Below are positions 27,591 to 32,000 of a stretch of DNA of 32,000 nt, piece after piece. Numbering within the stretch: the first letter of the stretch is position 1; each line of letters begins with the position of its first letter. Source of the DNA: Candidatus Karelsulcia muelleri PSPU (GTDB taxonomy: Bacteria > Bacteroidota > Bacteroidia > Flavobacteriales > Blattabacteriaceae); the NCBI RefSeq assembly GCF_000829155.1, contig NZ_AP013293.1, positions 150,001 through 182,000 on the forward strand. The letters are read 5' to 3'. The position numbers and the translations under genes were made by a program. The notes under the pieces were generated by a model. It saw only the letters and a program-made list of their open reading frames with translations. It was not told the origin of the DNA and did no database searches.

Positions 27591-29975
27591 TTATATTATA
27601 TGGAGTTTATAAGCAGTTATCCAAGTAGATAATATAGAAAATATTATAACTGATATAAAACTTAAAGGCATTAATATAGCAGATATAATTGGGGTTAAAT
27701 GTCCAGTTATAGCAAATAATAATCCAATTAGATTATATATAATACTTATTATCAAACTTATTAATACTAATTTAGAGCTAATATTAGTATATTTTAAAAA
27801 TCTTGGTATTTCTTCAAAAGAACTAGCATCCATTATTATATCACAATTTTGACAAAAACTATTATTATTTGATATTACTATTCCTACATCACTTTGTTTT
27901 AAAGCTAAAGAATCATTAATTCCATCTCCAAACATTAGAATTTTTTCTCCAATTTTTTGTAAATTTTTTATCTTATTCAATTTATCCATTGGACTTTGAA
28001 AAAAGAATAATTTACTTTTATAAGGTAATAAAGATTTTAAATATTTTTTTTCTTTATCATTATCTCCTGACATTATTAATATTTTATATTTATTACCTAT
28101 ATTTTTTAATATTAATTGTAATTTATTACGATAATAATTTTTAATTAAAAAGTACCCTATTTTTTTTTTTTCAAAAGAAATAAATACTTTAGTATCTTTT
28201 TTTTTATTTATCAATTTGTACCTTGAAATATAAGAATATTTTCCTGCTTTTATTTCTATACCATTTACTAATCCTTTTATTCCTTTACCAGGATTTTCTT
28301 CAAAGTAAGTAACAGGAATTATTTCATGTGATTTTATATATGAAAATTTATTATATATAATTTTACATAAAGGATGATTTGAGTTTTTTAATAATGAAAT
28401 TATTTTTATTTTTTTATCATTATCAAGTTTTTGACCAAAATATTTAATATTTGATTTATCAATTTCAGTTATAGTTCCTGTCTTATCAAAAATTATATAT
28501 GTTATTTTAGAAATACGTTCTATAATAGATATATCTCTTATATAGAATCCTTTTTTACCTAAAATATGTATAACATTACCAAATATAAAAGGAGTAGATA
28601 AAGCTAATCCACATGGACAAGCAACTATTAATATTGAAGATATTATTTCAAAAACTCTATTTATATTTTTATAATACCAAATTATTCCGGAAATAAGAGA
28701 TATTATTAATATTAATATAGTAAAATATTTGCTAACTAAATTTAATCTAATATTAATAGTTTTTTTTTTATTCCTAAAAGCTTCATTAATCCATAAATTA
28801 TTAAGATAACTTTTATTTACATTTTTTATTATTTTTAGTTTAATCATTCCTCCCTTTTGTTTAGCTCCAGCATAAATATAATCACCTAATTTTTTTTCTT
28901 TTATATTAGATTCTCCTGTTATAAAACTATTATCTATCATTGCTAATCCATCCATCAAGATGGAATCTGCTGGTATAATTTCGTTATTTTTTATGATTAT
29001 ATCATCACCTTTTTTTAAATTAGAAATAAGAATAGTTTCTTCTAAATTATTTATTAATCTTGTAACATAAATAGGATAATAATATTTATAATTATTTTCA
29101 AATGATAAATATTTATAAGTTTTTAATTGTAAATATTTTCCTAAAAGAATAAAAAAAACTAATCCAGAAAGACTATCAAAATACCCACTACCTATATTAT
29201 ATATTATTTCATATATACTTCTAAAGTATAATACTAAAATTCCTATAGAAATGGGAATATCTATATTTAGATATTTATGTTTTAAACATAAAAAAGCAGA
29301 TTGAAAATAATCTATAGATGAAAAGGAGATTATAGGTATAGAAAGAATAAATTTTATTAATTTGAAAAAAATCTTGTTTTTTATAAACCATTCATCATTA
29401 TTAGATCCTAAATATTCAGGAAATGATAAAAGCATTATGTTTCCAAAACAAAAAAAAGAAATAACTATTTTATATAATAAATAATTATTATTATTTATTT
29501 TTTTATTATTTATATCACCATAAGTAATGGATGGTTTATACCCAATTTTAGTAAGAAGTTTAGCTAAATCACTAAGTTTATAGAATGAATTTTTATATGT
29601 TATATTAACATTTTTTTTAGTAAAATTTACTGTAGATTTTAGAATTTTGTTTTCTATTTTGTTTAGATTTTCTAATAACCATATACAAGAACTACAATGA
29701 ATTGATGGAATCTTAAATTTTACAATTGTAATATTATTATCATAATAATATACTATATTTTTATATATATTTTCCGTATCTAAATAATAAAAATTATTTG
29801 TTTTTTCAGGAGAAATTCCTGGATTTTTATTTAATTCATAAAATTTAAATAAATTATATTTATTAAATATTTTATAAATTGTTAAACATCCATAACAACA
29901 AAAAAAAAAATTATTAATACATATTTTATTAGTAATACATGTTTTACCACAATGGTAACATTTATTAGATAACAT
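27591..29975 (-). CDS. ccoI: heavy-metal (copper) translocating P-type ATPase CcoI/FixI
   Basis: 794 aa. It has the N-terminal Cys-rich CYHCGKTC...FCCYGC, an HMA-like CSSC, TGES (ITGESNI), a CPC transmembrane motif (VACPCGLALSTP), the phosphorylation site FDKTGTIT and the hinge GDGINDS. Confidence 0.9.
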   Translation of the reverse strand: MLSNKCYHCGKTCITNKICINNFFFCCYGCLTIYKIFNKYNLFKFYELNKNPGISPEKTNNFYYLDTENIYKNIVYYYDNNITIVKFKIPSIHCSSCIWLLENLNKIENKILKSTVNFTKKNVNITYKNSFYKLSDLAKLLTKIGYKPSITYGDINNKKINNNNYLLYKIVISFFCFGNIMLLSFPEYLGSNNDEWFIKNKIFFKLIKFILSIPIISFSSIDYFQSAFLCLKHKYLNIDIPISIGILVLYFRSIYEIIYNIGSGYFDSLSGLVFFILLGKYLQLKTYKYLSFENNYKYYYPIYVTRLINNLEETILISNLKKGDDIIIKNNEIIPADSILMDGLAMIDNSFITGESNIKEKKLGDYIYAGAKQKGGMIKLKIIKNVNKSYLNNLWINEAFRNKKKTINIRLNLVSKYFTILILIISLISGIIWYYKNINRVFEIISSILIVACPCGLALSTPFIFGNVIHILGKKGFYIRDISIIERISKITYIIFDKTGTITEIDKSNIKYFGQKLDNDKKIKIISLLKNSNHPLCKIIYNKFSYIKSHEIIPVTYFEENPGKGIKGLVNGIEIKAGKYSYISRYKLINKKKDTKVFISFEKKKIGYFLIKNYYRNKLQLILKNIGNKYKILIMSGDNDKEKKYLKSLLPYKSKLFFFQSPMDKLNKIKNLQKIGEKILMFGDGINDSLALKQSDVGIVISNNNSFCQNCDIIMDASSFEEIPRFLKYTNISSKLVLISLIISIIYNLIGLLFAITGHLTPIISAILMPLSFISVIIFSILSTWITAYKLHII

Positions 29976-30182
29976 TATCTAATTTTGTCTTAGACATTAA
30001 AATAGTCATTTAAATAAAAAATATTTTTATAATATAATTATTTGATAGATTAATATCAATAATTGTATTTTAAACACATATTATTAGATATATCTATAAC
30101 ATTAATTAAAAGATCTTATTATTTCATAAATAGTTTATTTAAAATATTATATTAATTAAAAACGATTTTATACATCTAATTT

Positions 30183-30419
30183 TTAATAGTATTCTATTAC
30201 CCACCCCAAATTAGGACACATCTTAGTAAGTCTAGGTCATAAATATTTAGCTAATTGTATTTGTGTTTTAGCTCTTTTTTAAAAAATATCCAATATAATT
30301 TGGGTACGATAAAAAACTTTAGTTTTTATTATCCATCCTTTATAATAAGGATCTTTATTAATTTTTTTAGTTCCTAATTTATATTGTGCAATATAAGTTC
30401 TAAAATTATTTTTATACAT
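30183..30419 (-). pseudogene. hflX: relic of GTPase HflX (N-terminal domain fragment with in-frame stops)
   Basis: The minus-strand frame from 30419 reads MYKNNFRTYIAQYKLGTKKINKDPYYKGWIIKTKVFYRTQIILDIF*KRAKTQIQLAKYL*PRLTKMCPNLGWVIEYY*. RTQIILDIF-x-RAKT..Q-I-x-LA...PRL resembles the HflX N-domain signature DRTxLILDIFAxRAxT..[9 protein letters not shown].YxLPRL. In-frame stops are TAA at 30279-30281 and TGA at 30237-30239. No G-domain remains. Confidence 0.5.
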
Positions 30420-30439
30420 TCATGATCTTTAGTAAATTT

Positions 30440-31750
30440 TTATTTAAATCTAAATAAAATTTTTATTGGAATACCTGTAAAATTAAATTTTTCTCTTATC
30501 TTATTTTCTATAAATCTTTTATATGTTTCTTTTATAAAATTTGGATAATTAGTAAAAAAAATAAATTGAGGATTATATGTTGGAATTTGGCTACAATATT
30601 TTATTTTAATATATTTTCCATTTATTGATGGGGGAGTATTTTTATATAAAATAGGTAATATAATTTTGTTAAGTAAACTTGTTTTTATTTTTAATTTTAA
30701 ATTAAATGAAATTTTCACTGCAGTTTTTATAGATTTAATTATATTTTTTTTTGTAAAAGATGAAGTAAAAAATATAGGTACATCATTAAAAGGAGTTATT
30801 TTTTTTTTTATTTCTTTTTCATAATTAATTGATAAATTATTTTCATTTTTTTTAATTAAATCCCATTTATTTATTAAAATAACTATTCCTTTATTATTAT
30901 TCTCAATAATTTTAAATATATTCAGATCTTGAGATTCAAAACCAGATTTAATATCTATTATTAGTAGACATACATCTGAATTTTGTATAGATTTAATGGC
31001 TCTCATTACAGAATAAAATTCTATATTTTCTTTTATTTTTTTTTTTTTTCTAATACCAGCAGTATCTACTAATATACATTCAATTCCAAATTTTTGATAT
31101 AAAACATCTATACTATCTCTTGTTGTTCCAGAAATGTTTGTAACAATATTTTGATTTTTATTTAACAATGTATTTATTAAAGTTGATTTTCCTACATTAG
31201 GACGTCCTACTATAGCTATTCTAGGAAATTTTTTTTTATTTTTATTTAAATAATTTTTTCTAAATATAGAGACAATTGAATCTAATAACTCTCCTGTTCC
31301 AGTTCCATTAATAGATGATATACAATATGTATTTGAAATACCAAGTTTTAAAAAATTTGAAGTATTATCTCTATTTTTAGAGATATCTATTTTATTTATT
31401 ACTAAATAAATAATTTTTTTTAATTTTAGTAGAATTTTTGATATATCGTAATCAATACCTAAAATATCATTGCTGGGATCTACTAAAAAAAGTATAATAT
31501 CTGATTCTTCTAATGCAAAAAAAAATTGTTCACATATTTTTTTTTCAAAAATATTTTCTGATTTATTTGTATATCCTCCTGTATCTATTAAACAAAATTC
31601 TATTCCATTCCAATTGCAAAAACCATAATTTCGATCTCTAGTTACGCAACTTTTATAATTAACTATAGATTTTCTATATCCTATTAAACGATTAAAAAGT
31701 GTAGATTTTCCAACATTAGAACGTCCTACTATAGAAACTATTTTATTCAT
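30440..31750 (-). CDS. der: ribosome-associated GTPase Der (EngA)
   Basis: 436 aa with tandem G domains (GRSNVGKSTLFNRL / DTGG / NKID and GRPNVGKSTLINTL / DTAG / NKWD) plus a C-terminal KH-like domain. Confidence 0.95.
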   Translation of the reverse strand: MNKIVSIVGRSNVGKSTLFNRLIGYRKSIVNYKSCVTRDRNYGFCNWNGIEFCLIDTGGYTNKSENIFEKKICEQFFFALEESDIILFLVDPSNDILGIDYDISKILLKLKKIIYLVINKIDISKNRDNTSNFLKLGISNTYCISSINGTGTGELLDSIVSIFRKNYLNKNKKKFPRIAIVGRPNVGKSTLINTLLNKNQNIVTNISGTTRDSIDVLYQKFGIECILVDTAGIRKKKKIKENIEFYSVMRAIKSIQNSDVCLLIIDIKSGFESQDLNIFKIIENNNKGIVILINKWDLIKKNENNLSINYEKEIKKKITPFNDVPIFFTSSFTKKNIIKSIKTAVKISFNLKLKIKTSLLNKIILPILYKNTPPSINGKYIKIKYCSQIPTYNPQFIFFTNYPNFIKETYKRFIENKIREKFNFTGIPIKILFRFK

Positions 31751-31937
31751 AACATATTAAATTTATATCTCCATAAGCATAATTTATCATACTAACTGTA
31801 GACCAAATTCTACATGAGTTTTTAACAAAGTTAAAGATAATAAATCAGCAGCAACTATTAATCCTATATTTTAGCTAAATAATAATATCTTCTTCCTGAA
31901 GAACTTTTAAATTTAAGAATTATAAAATATTTGTTTT

Positions 31938-32000
31938 TTATAATACATGTTTATATGCATTGTAAGAAGATCTTATTAATGGACCACTTTCTACATATAG
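31938..32000 (-). CDS. lipA: lipoyl synthase, extreme C-terminus (rest outside window)
   Basis: The minus-strand frame from nt 32000 reads LYVESGPLIRSSYNAYKHVL* with TAA at 31938-31940. SGPLVRSSY-x-A is the conserved LipA C-terminal motif. Only 20 codons are visible. Confidence 0.65.
   Translation of the reverse strand, partial: LYVESGPLIRSSYNAYKHVL

Noticed and set aside
30101-30161. An exact 11-nt direct repeat, attaattaaaa, at 30101-30111 and 30151-30161, spaced 50 nt apart.
   Set aside because: It consists only of A/T in a spacer that is about 90% A+T, so it is expected by chance. There are no flanking inverted repeats or target-site-duplication context.
1-32000. Possible UGA-to-Trp recoding, as seen in some tiny symbiont genomes.
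   Set aside because: All conserved genes are full length with standard stops. Trp is encoded by TGG, for example WW in ccoP. TGA terminates secA and the ccoQ-like ORF. The TGA in the hflX relic falls at a Leu-type position, not a Trp position.
1-32000. CRISPR arrays, IS elements or transposases, integrases, prophage, toxin-antitoxin or defence-system genes.
   Set aside because: No spaced direct repeats, terminal inverted repeats or unassigned ORFs of adequate size exist. Every ORF over 60 aa is either a recognisable housekeeping gene or an antisense shadow ORF.

Overview
This window is extremely AT-rich (about 80% A+T by eye, not computed) and about 90% coding. It looks like a reduced Flavobacteriales (Bacteroidota) insect-endosymbiont genome of the Blattabacterium/Sulcia type. 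Supporting traits are a fused ccoN/O, an archaeal-type ProRS, a dimeric GlyRS, A-rich leaders without Shine-Dalgarno sequences, 4- and 8-nt gene overlaps, and lysine runs encoded by poly(A). I support 25 CDS, of which 2 are cut by the window edges and 2 are small genes absent from the ORF track. They are tilS (partial), tal, proS, lon, lysA, aroC, htpG, mtaB, secA, rplS, a ferredoxin, glyQS, menA, thrC-thrB-thrA, maeB, a cbb3 oxidase cluster (ccoI-ccoS-ccoNO-ccoQ-ccoP plus a DsbD_2/TauE-like membrane protein), der and lipA (partial). There are also 4 tRNAs: Ser-UGA, Ser-GCU, Pro-UGG and Arg-UCU. The standard code applies, with TGA used as a stop. I found no mobile elements, CRISPR, defence or toxin systems, and I cannot support any novel multi-gene system. 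The main second-look signals are two unannotated gene relics in the only sizeable spacers: a menB fragment just upstream of intact menA, and an hflX fragment with in-frame stops downstream of der. Others are the two unlisted small cbb3 genes (ccoS, ccoQ), a cbb3 cluster apparently lacking ccoG/ccoH, a shortened transaldolase with substitutions at conserved positions, a malic enzyme ending at the ME/PTA domain boundary, and many 11-14 nt homopolymer tracts inside essential genes. All homology statements rest on my recollection of family motifs, not on database searches.
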